From Candidatus Dojkabacteria bacterium (GTDB lineage Bacteria; Patescibacteriota; Dojkabacteria; GCA-002793355): DNA of 64,000 bases. Numbering within the stretch: the stretch's first letter is position 1; each line of letters opens with the position of its first letter. The translations under genes were made by a program, and so were the position numbers. Below are positions 26,746 through 35,993 of this stretch, piece after piece. A model generated the notes under the pieces. The model was not told where the DNA came from. It made no database searches and saw only the letters and a program-made list of their open reading frames with translations. Where the stretch lies: positions 843,627 through 907,626 of the forward strand of contig CP129477.1 in assembly GCA_030583825.1 (NCBI GenBank), in the 5' to 3' direction.

Positions 26746-27547
26746 AGACACCGAAATTCGGTATTACCACCCTCCTGAGAAAGACTTTGAGCCGGTTGCT
26801 CTTGGACGCGAAGTTTTGCCGGGTGGAAAATTCGCAATAATTACGACTGTAGAATGTCCAGAAGAAGTGAAAGACACAATTCGCGCCAATGCCGATGAGA
26901 ACGAAGGAATGTTTCTCGCAGGTGATTTTATTGGCTCAGCATCCCGTCGAGTTGTAACCCGATTAAACTCACGCGAAGAAAGACCCCATGCAATCGCTGT
27001 TGTAAAAAGAAAAGCACAAGTGCCGCAGGATGGATATATGCGAAGGTTCACAACTTTCAGCTTAGTTAACGAGATTAGAATGGCCCATGCTACCAATGAT
27101 ATTATTGATGCAGAAGGATTGCGTGACTATTCCGTAATGTATCAGGATCAAGAAGTTGATATTCAGTTTGACGTGCAAGTGCCTTTTGGTGGTGTATATG
27201 GAATTACCCCGGAAACCCGAAATCAGCGTTATGGATTGTTTCAGTTTCATTCTGGAACTTCTGTCCGCGATGAAGTGGCAATGTCTTACGGGTGGAATCA
27301 CCTCACACAGGAAGAACGTTTGCTCTATGGAAACCTTTTTCATGGACAGTTAACAAATCTTCATGTCGCGGCTGCTTCAAAATACGGGATTTATACACAT
27401 GATTTAGGAGTTCACCAGCTATTGTATAACGAATCACGTAACGATGGAAAAACAAAGTACCAACTCACGATTCTTGATACTGAAGAATTTTACCCTTGTG
27501 AGCCTTTTGTTCCAGGTGGACTGTTTCCTGTTATATGTTTTCTTTAG
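26729..27547 (+). CDS. hypothetical protein (272 aa), translationally coupled to the upstream kinase-like gene
   Basis: Its start overlaps the upstream stop by 17 nt. No recognisable motif. FHGQLTNLHV...LTILDTEEF has a faint resemblance to the catalytic loop/DFG region of a kinase-like fold, which is weak. Confidence 0.4.
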   Translation: MSAQPKDTEIRYYHPPEKDFEPVALGREVLPGGKFAIITTVECPEEVKDTIRANADENEGMFLAGDFIGSASRRVVTRLNSREERPHAIAVVKRKAQVPQDGYMRRFTTFSLVNEIRMAHATNDIIDAEGLRDYSVMYQDQEVDIQFDVQVPFGGVYGITPETRNQRYGLFQFHSGTSVRDEVAMSYGWNHLTQEERLLYGNLFHGQLTNLHVAAASKYGIYTHDLGVHQLLYNESRNDGKTKYQLTILDTEEFYPCEPFVPGGLFPVICFL

Positions 27548-27569
27548 TATTTGTCTCTGATTTTGCTTT

Positions 27570-28829
27570 TTACGGAATAGGGAACTTTTTCGCAAGTTCT
27601 GTAACTGCTTTACCGATTTTCTCTAACACGGAAGTTTCATCACGGTTTTCTAATGCTTCATGAATCCATAGTGCAATTTTCTCTGCCTCCTGCTCTTTCA
27701 TTCCACGTGTTGTAATTGCCGGAGTTCCTAGTCGAATGCCAGAAGGATTCCATGGTTTTCCAGTATCGTTTGGAACTGTATTTTTGTTCACAATGAGGTT
27801 TGCTTTTTCTAGCGCAAGTGCTGCCACTGTTCCGGAGATTTCTTTATTTCGTAAGTCCAGAAGAAGCAAGTGCTTGTCTGTTCCTCCGCTTACGACATGA
27901 TAGCCTAATTCTTGCAGTTTGTTCGCCATAGCCTGTGCATTTTTAATGACTTGAGCGGCATAATCTTTAAATTCCGGTTTCATTGCTTCTGCGAGCGCGA
28001 TTCCAATGCCTGCAATGCTATGGTTTAGTGGGCCACCTTGAATTCCTGGGAATAATGCTGATTCTATCTGCCCAATAAGCTCTTTTCTTGCAAAGATAAT
28101 TGCACCAACCGGCCCACGAAGTGTTTTTCTCGTTGTCATTGTTACTACATCAGCAAATGGAAATGGGCTGGGATATGCTTTCCCTGCGATAAGTCCTGCC
28201 TCGTGTGCAACATCTGCAAGATAATATGCACCGACACTTTGAGCAATTTGCTTCATTCGTTCATGATCAATTGTTCGTGGATATGCTGTTCCACCAGAAA
28301 TAATCATTTTTGGCTGAACTTCTTCTGCACGTTTCTGTACTTTGCCATAATCAAACCGCTGGGTATCTGGATCAACCATATAAAAGTAGCTTTCAAACAG
28401 CTTTGAGGAGATAGTGACTTTCTTCCCGTCAGGAAGTTTCCATCCATGTGATAAATGTCCTCCGTCGTAAAGATGCATTGAAAGCACTCTACTTCCTGTC
28501 TCTAAGAGCCCTGTTGTCACGGCGAGATTTGCAATGCTTCCTGTTGCTGCCTGAACGATAACTCCCCATTGATTTGGGTCAAGGTCGAATAGGTCAAGTG
28601 CGGCTTTTTTTACTAGAAATTCTATATCGTCAATAATATGATTTCCTTGGTAATAGCGTTTTCCTGCTGCTCCCTCCGAATATTTATTCATAAGCACGGA
28701 TCCAACAGCTTCGCGAACATCTTTTGAAACATGATTTTCAGACGGAATTAGTTGAAGCTGTGTATTTTGCCTATCTTCTTCTTGCGAGATGAGATTTTTT
28801 AGTTCTGTTGTAAGCTTTTTGTATGGCAT
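27570..28829 (-). CDS. glyA: serine hydroxymethyltransferase
   Basis: LQLIPSENHVSKDVREAVGSVLMNKYSEGAAGKRYYQGNHIIDDIE and the PLP-lysine region TTRKTLRGP are present. 419 aa. Confidence 0.9.
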   Translation of the reverse strand: MPYKKLTTELKNLISQEEDRQNTQLQLIPSENHVSKDVREAVGSVLMNKYSEGAAGKRYYQGNHIIDDIEFLVKKAALDLFDLDPNQWGVIVQAATGSIANLAVTTGLLETGSRVLSMHLYDGGHLSHGWKLPDGKKVTISSKLFESYFYMVDPDTQRFDYGKVQKRAEEVQPKMIISGGTAYPRTIDHERMKQIAQSVGAYYLADVAHEAGLIAGKAYPSPFPFADVVTMTTRKTLRGPVGAIIFARKELIGQIESALFPGIQGGPLNHSIAGIGIALAEAMKPEFKDYAAQVIKNAQAMANKLQELGYHVVSGGTDKHLLLLDLRNKEISGTVAALALEKANLIVNKNTVPNDTGKPWNPSGIRLGTPAITTRGMKEQEAEKIALWIHEALENRDETSVLEKIGKAVTELAKKFPIP

Positions 28830-28842
28830 TGTCGTAATTGAG

Positions 28843-30504
28843 TTAAGATTTTAGCTTTGAAAGAATAATTTTTGAATAATCACTCTCTTCTGATTTTTTA
28901 ATTTCCTGCAATACTGTTTCTAATACGCTTGTATCGCTTACTTCCAATGCATCGTGAATTTTATCGAGCAACTCGAAGCAAAGTTTCAGAAATTGGGATT
29001 CTTTTTCAGTAGAAAATGCCAGTGTGACTGAATCATTTTCTACATTGAGAATTCCTGCTTCTGCGAGTAACGAGTAAATGCGCATTGTGCTGTTTCTATA
29101 TGCGCGGAGTGACGAGCTTGTCCACGCATCATAGCGTCGCAATTCATGCGCTGTATATCCTACAACTGTTTCATGAAGTTTCTCAGGTGAGAGTTGTCCA
29201 TTCTTATCCAGAATGTGTAAAGCTGAGAGCGCGTTCAAATCTGCTCGTAACTCTTCGAGTTGCTGAGAATATACGTTTGGTATTGCTGGCGCAAAATCTC
29301 CAATATTGTAAATCGTGTGACCAAACTCGTGTGGAACAACGTGATTCAACATCTGATCCTCTGCAGTAACGTACTGCAATTCTTTTTCAACTCCGTCCCC
29401 AAAAACTTTTTTGAACAATTGCTTTGCTTTTTCTGTTCTTGCTTGTGATGACTGATAGTCAAGATAGATTTTTACACCCTTTTCCTGTTTTACTTCTGTT
29501 CGATTTGGAATACTCTGCCCTGCAAATTTGAAGTGAACGCTCATTCCTGTTTGAAACGGTAAGTATGACACACATGCAAGTGAATTTCGCAGTGCTTGTA
29601 ATCCTTTTTTACTGAATTCGTTATCTCGAACTGAATAATACGCATCTAATATCTGCTGAGACGCTTTAAAAGATGCTTGTGCTTGCTCATGTGATTCATC
29701 CGTAAATCGGAGGGAAAAGTCAGGAATTATTTTTACACCTAGAGGGTCGCCATAGTGGTTCTCAATGTCGTGAACAATCTGAATCCAGAAACTTGTGTTC
29801 ATCCAGTACTTGTCCACTTCAGTCCAGGCCTGCTCTAGTTCTTCTATGCTGGTTAATGCAAGTGCGCCTCTGTAATGTTTAAGATACGTAACCATCGCCT
29901 GCTCCTCTTCGTTGAGTGTCATGTGCTGTGTCGCAGCAAAAAGATTGTCAAAGTCACGTAAAATCGGGTCAAGCTCTTGTGCAAACTTTTCGGCGTATGG
30001 AATCTGCTGCAATGTTTCGTAGGAAACATTTTCCTCGCTATTGTGGGTAATGACGGTGTAACCATTGTCAAAGCCTTTTTCTGTAATAAATGAGTGAAGT
30101 TTGTCCGGATTTGTCTCTAGCTCCGCTTTAAGAAATTGTGATGCAGGACTTGAAACCATTTCTTGAATCCATGCCTTGTAATATGCAGCATAGTGAAAAG
30201 AAATTTCGAGTGAGTACATGACTAAAATTGTTTCAAACGGTGTCAGTTGCAAGCGATTTGCCTGGATTTCCTCTCGAATTCCATCGCGTACGGTTTGCTG
30301 GTATTCGTTTGCAAGATCAAGTAACGCGTAAAAAGTTTCAGTCCCTTCTGTAATTCCTGCGAAATCTGATTTTGCAGATGCGCGAAATGCCTGGTCTTGT
30401 GATACTCCTTCGGGAAGCATTTTCATTGATAAGACTTCTTTCCATTTTTCGCTTTTTTGTGAAACAATGTTTTGAAGGTGTTTCACGATTTCGATATGTG
30501 TCAT
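28843..30504 (-). CDS. putative zinc metallopeptidase (gluzincin, HExxH)
   Basis: VVPHEFGHTIYN (HEFGH), then LEELRADL ~20 residues downstream as a candidate third ligand. 553 aa. Family not resolved. Confidence 0.45.
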   Translation of the reverse strand: MTHIEIVKHLQNIVSQKSEKWKEVLSMKMLPEGVSQDQAFRASAKSDFAGITEGTETFYALLDLANEYQQTVRDGIREEIQANRLQLTPFETILVMYSLEISFHYAAYYKAWIQEMVSSPASQFLKAELETNPDKLHSFITEKGFDNGYTVITHNSEENVSYETLQQIPYAEKFAQELDPILRDFDNLFAATQHMTLNEEEQAMVTYLKHYRGALALTSIEELEQAWTEVDKYWMNTSFWIQIVHDIENHYGDPLGVKIIPDFSLRFTDESHEQAQASFKASQQILDAYYSVRDNEFSKKGLQALRNSLACVSYLPFQTGMSVHFKFAGQSIPNRTEVKQEKGVKIYLDYQSSQARTEKAKQLFKKVFGDGVEKELQYVTAEDQMLNHVVPHEFGHTIYNIGDFAPAIPNVYSQQLEELRADLNALSALHILDKNGQLSPEKLHETVVGYTAHELRRYDAWTSSSLRAYRNSTMRIYSLLAEAGILNVENDSVTLAFSTEKESQFLKLCFELLDKIHDALEVSDTSVLETVLQEIKKSEESDYSKIILSKLKS

Positions 30505-30521
30505 ATTCTCCCGATAATATA

Positions 30522-31385
30522 TTAGTTGAGACTCTTTTGACTATTTTCCCAAGCGGTAGCCGTTTGCTCAAGGAGTGAGATAATTGTCATTGGGCCGACA
30601 CCACCTGGAACTGGTGTAACTGCTCTGGCAACCTCGCTCACACTTTCGTAGTCACAATCTCCTACAATTTTGCCCGTTTCAGGCTGGACAGATGTACCAA
30701 CGTCAATCACAATTGCTCCTTCTTTTACATATTCCTTTGTGACGAACTGGGGTTTCCCGACTGCACTCACAAGAATATCTGCTTCTCGTGCGATAGACAG
30801 TATGTCTGGTGTAAATTCATCGCAGAATGTGACTTCTGCGCCGTGGTGTTTTAGTAGCATGCCAATAGGATGCCCTGTATATTTGCTGTTTCCAATTACC
30901 ACAGCTTTTTTACCCTGTAAATGAGCATCAATACTTTGTATAAGTGAAAGTACTCCTTTTGCAACTGCGGGAAGAAACTGTGACGTATGATGCTCTAGTG
31001 CGTCAAGCGATGCTGAACTTATTCCATCTATATCTTTCGCTGCGGGAACGAGGTCGAGGATTTCTTGAGTATTTACATGTTGAGGAAGAGGAAGCTGTAT
31101 AAGAATGCCGTGGATATTGGGGTCGTTTGCAAGCTCTGTGACTGTCGCGTGAATGACAGATTGTTGACATTCTGCCTGGATTCTTACAAGGGTTGTCGCA
31201 ATTCCGATTGCTTCTGCCTGTTTTTGCTTCATTTTGACATATTGCTCGGATGCGGGATTATCACCCACAAGAACAATTGCTAAATGTGGTTTTGTTTGCG
31301 CATTTTTCAGCCGTTGAGAAAGCTCGGCTGCTCTTTCTAATGCTAGTTGTTTTCCTGAAATCTGTACTGCGGCTCTTTTGGTCAT
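30522..31385 (-). CDS. folD: bifunctional methylenetetrahydrofolate dehydrogenase/cyclohydrolase
   Basis: N-terminus AAVQISGKQLALERAAELSQRLKNAQTKPHLAIVLVGDNPASEQYVKMK, a GxSxxxGxP Rossmann segment (VVIGNSKYTGHPI) and the C-terminus PGGVGPMT. Confidence 0.85.
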   Translation of the reverse strand: MTKRAAVQISGKQLALERAAELSQRLKNAQTKPHLAIVLVGDNPASEQYVKMKQKQAEAIGIATTLVRIQAECQQSVIHATVTELANDPNIHGILIQLPLPQHVNTQEILDLVPAAKDIDGISSASLDALEHHTSQFLPAVAKGVLSLIQSIDAHLQGKKAVVIGNSKYTGHPIGMLLKHHGAEVTFCDEFTPDILSIAREADILVSAVGKPQFVTKEYVKEGAIVIDVGTSVQPETGKIVGDCDYESVSEVARAVTPVPGGVGPMTIISLLEQTATAWENSQKSLN

Positions 31386-31471
31386 GAGTAATATGCCCTA
31401 TTGTACCGTATGTGGGAAGATTATGTAAATAGGCCTGAATATTTACGGTTTTACGCAAGAGACTTATAGTA

Positions 31472-31480
31472 TGATATAAT
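31472..31480 (+). promoter_or_regulatory. extended -10 promoter element (TGaTATAAT)
   Basis: tgatataat lies ~55 nt upstream of the small ORF at 31536, with an AAAGGAA RBS in between. Confidence 0.4.
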
Positions 31481-31535
31481 ACGCGTAGACCTAATAGGGT
31501 CTGAAAATTGTTCGTATGAAAGGAACTTAAACATC

Positions 31536-31730
31536 ATGTCAGTCCGCACACCTCGTCAAGACGAAACTTCCGAAGAAACTTTTGTTCCTGAAATCGCACC
31601 AGCGTCTGTGCCGCAAGGCTATCTGAGAGAATATCCAGACCTGATTGAGGCGACAACAGGTAAAACACCACACAAAAAGGTGAAGAAGCAAAAGAACGGG
31701 AAGAAGAAGTCGAATGGCGACAATGAATAA
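31536..31730 (+). CDS. small hypothetical protein (64 aa) with a lysine-rich C-terminus
   Basis: RBS gaaaggaacttaaacatcATG, an upstream extended -10, a downstream terminator hairpin, and C-terminus KKVKKQKNGKKKSNGDNE. Two antisense ORFs at this locus are judged to be shadows. Confidence 0.35.
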   Translation: MSVRTPRQDETSEETFVPEIAPASVPQGYLREYPDLIEATTGKTPHKKVKKQKNGKKKSNGDNE

Positions 31731-31750
31731 CTGACACCTTTCACGAATCG

Positions 31751-31802
31751 GGAGTGAGCGCTCAACAATATACACAACAACGAAAACTCACTCCCTTTTC
31801 TA
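31751..31802 (+). terminator. terminator-like hairpin followed by a T tract
   Basis: GGGAGTGAG-N28-CTCACTCCC followed by TTTTCTACCCTTTTC, immediately after the 31536 ORF stop. Confidence 0.45.
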
Positions 31803-32145
31803 CCCTTTTCATGAAAAATATCTCCTTTATGTGTACAGTTTTATTGCAAGATTAACCTATAGTATGTTGTAATTACGATATGTAATAGCCTGAAAGGATG
31901 TACGACTTACAATGAAAAAAAATATCTACTGGACAAAAAAGGTAGTGGGACATTCCCTCTTTGAGGGTGAAGATACCTCGATTTTATGGGACAATATCCC
32001 TCAAAAGATCCTCAGGAAAGTCCAGCAAAGTAAGAAAAGAAAGAAAAAACAAACAAAAAACTAGGCTAAAATTACGTAGGGTTAGGAGTCACATTCCGTT
32101 TTATATTCGATGCTCTTAGCCCTACTTTTCCACTAATCTATGAAA

Positions 32146-33507
32146 CTAATCCTCAATCTGGGACTTTATCTTTTTCCAATCGCTGCGCATGCGAGGTAAT
32201 ACTCCTGCAACATAAGAAGGATCTTGATTTGCAAGTAATTGTTCAACGGCGAATTCTAAGAATACCTCATTTTGGCTCCCCTCAAAAAGAATCACATCAT
32301 TTTCTTCAATCATATTTTTAATGTGGTAGCTCAATTGTTTTCCATTTTTAAACCAGAACAGATTCTCATTCATTGCAAAGCCAAGCTCTTTCGCCTTAGG
32401 AATGCCGTATTTAAGCATTTCTGTGTTTGTAAGTATCAACAAATCAGCAACTTTGACAGCTTCTTCGATTAAATCCTCATGAATTTTCTGTGTTAGCAAT
32501 CCGTTTTCTCGTAATTCTCCTAATACTACAACTCGTCTGCGGCGCTTATGTTTTGTCATGTCTCTCATTGCGTGAAGTAACCCCACAGCGGCATCAATGT
32601 TCGCGTTATATGAAGAATCAATAATCACAGTCTTTTCTATACCAGGCAAAATGGAGGAACGTCCGGGTTCAATACGCAGTAATGTAGGAAGCATGCGATA
32701 TGATTTGTCCAAGTCGAACTTTAATAAATCAAGAATTTTTGTTGCTGCTTCAAGGTTCAGTAATGCCTGCGGAGGAAGTACATAGTTAGGAATTTCAACA
32801 GTGTATCGCTTGTTCTTGTATTTCACGACACCGGAAAACCCTTGCAACGTATTACCACCTTCAACAAGTGAAAAATCTTGGCCTGTACCGATGATCCGTA
32901 CATTTTTCAAATCTTCGCTTGGAAGAAACGAAACTATATCGTGTGCAACAAATCCATGAGATCTATTTTCCAACGAGCGAATCAAGTTAAACTTTTCATT
33001 AGCGATAAGTTTCTTAATTGCGGTATTTCGTTCTTCTCCGGTAAGTGTCGGGTCAACAAGATGGTCAAATGCAAAGCCGTGTACTGTTCCAACAGAAATA
33101 AATACGCCAACATGTGGTCGGATAATTCTGAGTAATGCAGTCATATTATTTGGCCTGTATGGAGAATCAATTCCCATCTCTACAACAAATACGTCAAATT
33201 GCTCCCAGAATGTGAGTACTTGCCAGAATGCTTTAAAAAGAGTGCCGATAAATCCAAGCGTAGAATGCTTTTTTACGGGGAGTCCTAGAATTTCATAGCA
33301 AATACCAATATCGGAGTTGCCGCTGCCTGTGTATTTAAGTTTTTCACCAACATGTGGAGTCAAAAATGCAACTAATGTCTCTTTACATGATGACTTTCCA
33401 GTTGATCCTGTCACTCCAATTATTAGTGCTTCCGGATTTTTTCTGAGCTGGATTTTCGCGAATAGGTATAAAAGTGACCGGAATATGGTCTCTCCCAATT
33501 TCTTCAT
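32146..33507 (-). CDS. Mur ligase family protein (MurF-like)
   Basis: IGVTGSTGKSSCKE Mur-ligase P-loop. 453 aa. Exact specificity (MurF, MurE or FolC) is not resolved. Confidence 0.55.
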   Translation of the reverse strand: MKKLGETIFRSLLYLFAKIQLRKNPEALIIGVTGSTGKSSCKETLVAFLTPHVGEKLKYTGSGNSDIGICYEILGLPVKKHSTLGFIGTLFKAFWQVLTFWEQFDVFVVEMGIDSPYRPNNMTALLRIIRPHVGVFISVGTVHGFAFDHLVDPTLTGEERNTAIKKLIANEKFNLIRSLENRSHGFVAHDIVSFLPSEDLKNVRIIGTGQDFSLVEGGNTLQGFSGVVKYKNKRYTVEIPNYVLPPQALLNLEAATKILDLLKFDLDKSYRMLPTLLRIEPGRSSILPGIEKTVIIDSSYNANIDAAVGLLHAMRDMTKHKRRRRVVVLGELRENGLLTQKIHEDLIEEAVKVADLLILTNTEMLKYGIPKAKELGFAMNENLFWFKNGKQLSYHIKNMIEENDVILFEGSQNEVFLEFAVEQLLANQDPSYVAGVLPRMRSDWKKIKSQIED

Positions 33508-33716
33508 AAGTAGTATATTATATGAGATTTTCGCATTAAAGGCAATTTTAAGTAGAAAATCGGAACCGTAACGACCAATAGCAACAATTTGCTATTGTGT
33601 TGTAAGGCTTGGTAGAATTGAGGAGAATAGAAAATGTCTATTCGACGAAAACGTTACTTTTAAGATGTTCGCACGTTCAATTATCCAGGAAACTATCTAA
33701 GCTTATAGGTCACCGA

Positions 33717-35993
33717 ATGACAAATACAGATTATGTCTGGCTCCTTGCTCTTCTTTGTGGATTTACCTTCACTTTCGCAGTAATTGGAGTTCCTACGGGG
33801 CTGGGATTGTTTCTTTTCTCCAATATGATTCTTGGTGTTTTATGGTTTCTCTATAGTCGTAAGGACAAAAAAGATCTCGCGCGAAACAAAGAGGCTGACA
33901 TGGTGTTAAAAGTCTTCGCCGGTTTTTATGTTCTGTTAACGATTCCTTACCTTTACCGCCTTGATGAAATGGTAACAACTGGCCTTGTTGCGTATCATTT
34001 TCTTTACATTGCAGTATTCTCGGTTCTTGGACTATACCCAGCGTTGCTGGCAGTTTTAAATCCATTCAATATGTTCATTTATTGGCTAAGTGCCGGACTG
34101 AACTGGGTTATTCACATTTTTAAAACTATTTTTTCGTTACTACAGTTGGAATCGTCGCGTGTAAAATTTTTGTTAAAGACAGTTATTTATGTCACGATAT
34201 CACTTGTTATTTTCATTGTGTTTGTAACGCTTCTTTCTCAAGCAGACGCAAACTTTCGGGAAAGAATTCTCAGAATCTTAGAGCAGATCAAGTTTGGTGA
34301 AATTGTCGTACGTACATTTGCAGGTCTCATATTCGTGTTTATTTTTGCCGGAGCTTTCAAGTTAGTGACCGAAATGCCAGTATTTGGAATTATTGCTGCA
34401 AAGAAGGAATTTATTGATGAGCAACTTGCAAAAGTGAAGCAGTTTATTCATTCAAAGTTCTCAGACGCATTTCTTCCGCTGCTTGTAACTGTCCCTATTT
34501 TCTTCATCTTCCTTTTATTTGTGTACTTGCAGTTTAAATACCTATTTGGTGTGAGTATTGACGAAGTTCTTTCAACTCTTACGTTTTCTGAATATGCTCG
34601 CAAAGGATTTTGGGAATTACTGCTTGTTGTCGCCTTGACCTACCCGATTCTCGCATGGGTTTCAAATCATTCTCGAACAGAAAAACTATTGCCACGAGTT
34701 ATTAACTTTATTGTGAGTTCCAGTATTGTAGGATTTGTGTATGTCATGCTTTATTCTGCGTTTGTCAGAATGGGAATTTATAGCGAAGTATATGGCCCAT
34801 CTGTTCGTCGAAATTATGTCATTCTTGCAATTATCGTTCTTGCCATTGGAATGACTTTGTATCAGGTATTGGCCGCAGTAAAAGCATTTAAGCCACAGTT
34901 TAGAATTCTTGCCTCTCAATTCTTTGGTGATTACATTATTCTTGCCGCGCTAATAGCTGTGTCATTGTTAAGCATCGTTGCAATTGTTCCATGGAACTCA
35001 GTTACTCTTCAGCAAATTGCCGCAAAATACGAGAAAACCGGGAATATAGATGTCTATCAGATTGTTGAGCTTCCAATGGAAACAACTCGAGAAGTATACC
35101 TATTTGCAGATGGCCTCGAGCAAAAGTATGCGCAACAGATTGAGGATGGATCTTGTGCGACAGATATGAAATGTCCATCATTTGGAATCCGCTTTTTAAA
35201 GGCGCGCTCACTTATTAAGAAGGAACAATACACCAAAGGAATTAACAGCTCTATTTTTACTCGAGTTTTCGGATTAAATATTACCGGACTTATGCTTGAA
35301 ACATTCAAGACCCCCGCAAGAGACGAATATATTTCACAAGTAACTTCTACCAGCGAAAGAGAGCTCAACGCGATTGTGAATGACTTTGCAAGCGCGATAG
35401 AAAGAAACGATTTTGCTGCTGCCCGTGCATTATACGACCCCAAAATGCAGGCATCAAACCTTCGAGCTTTTAAATCAGGTGTAAGTCTTACGATCTCTGA
35501 TGTCTCAACAGCGCGCGGAGCGGTTACAGCCTCTGACATGTTTGGCCATGAAAATTACGGTTCATATGCTCCAAAGTATGTGACCTATACTCTTTCGGTA
35601 CAAGTAACACGAGATTCTTCCCAGATACAGGGGGTAAGTATTCGTCCACTACAGTTTGGCACTGACGATCTTGATGTCTATGCACAGGAATCAATGCCTC
35701 TACAGACTAGTAAGTCTGTGACAAACTCGCCATTGGTAATTCGAGTGGGCACGCGTAATGGAAAACCAGTAATTGTCTACTCAAACTTGGAACTTGCATA
35801 TTTGCCTGAAGCATTTGTCTCAGAAGATGGAGAATATAACTATATACTGAGCAACTATGGATATGAAGCATATTGCGGAATATCTACGACTTCGGAAGTT
35901 CCTCGTGATTTGCCGGTACAGAAATGCTTTTCGGGAATCGAAACAGTAGGCAATTTAACTGCGGAAGACTTTCTCTTGAATACTGAAAAATAA
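33717..35993 (+). CDS. large polytopic membrane protein (~10-12 TM) with a ~330-aa C-terminal soluble domain
   Basis: The ORF track starts at 33609, but the probable start is MTNTDYVW at 33717. It has many hydrophobic helices up to ~residue 450, then a hydrophilic domain (YEKTGNIDVYQIVELPMETT...). Confidence 0.45.
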   Translation: MTNTDYVWLLALLCGFTFTFAVIGVPTGLGLFLFSNMILGVLWFLYSRKDKKDLARNKEADMVLKVFAGFYVLLTIPYLYRLDEMVTTGLVAYHFLYIAVFSVLGLYPALLAVLNPFNMFIYWLSAGLNWVIHIFKTIFSLLQLESSRVKFLLKTVIYVTISLVIFIVFVTLLSQADANFRERILRILEQIKFGEIVVRTFAGLIFVFIFAGAFKLVTEMPVFGIIAAKKEFIDEQLAKVKQFIHSKFSDAFLPLLVTVPIFFIFLLFVYLQFKYLFGVSIDEVLSTLTFSEYARKGFWELLLVVALTYPILAWVSNHSRTEKLLPRVINFIVSSSIVGFVYVMLYSAFVRMGIYSEVYGPSVRRNYVILAIIVLAIGMTLYQVLAAVKAFKPQFRILASQFFGDYIILAALIAVSLLSIVAIVPWNSVTLQQIAAKYEKTGNIDVYQIVELPMETTREVYLFADGLEQKYAQQIEDGSCATDMKCPSFGIRFLKARSLIKKEQYTKGINSSIFTRVFGLNITGLMLETFKTPARDEYISQVTSTSERELNAIVNDFASAIERNDFAAARALYDPKMQASNLRAFKSGVSLTISDVSTARGAVTASDMFGHENYGSYAPKYVTYTLSVQVTRDSSQIQGVSIRPLQFGTDDLDVYAQESMPLQTSKSVTNSPLVIRVGTRNGKPVIVYSNLELAYLPEAFVSEDGEYNYILSNYGYEAYCGISTTSEVPRDLPVQKCFSGIETVGNLTAEDFLLNTEK

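Noticed and set aside
31534-31775. Two minus-strand ORFs (67 and 78 aa) overlapping the 64-aa plus-strand ORF.
   Set aside because: Only the plus-strand frame has an upstream extended -10, an RBS and a downstream terminator. The antisense frames are treated as shadow ORFs.
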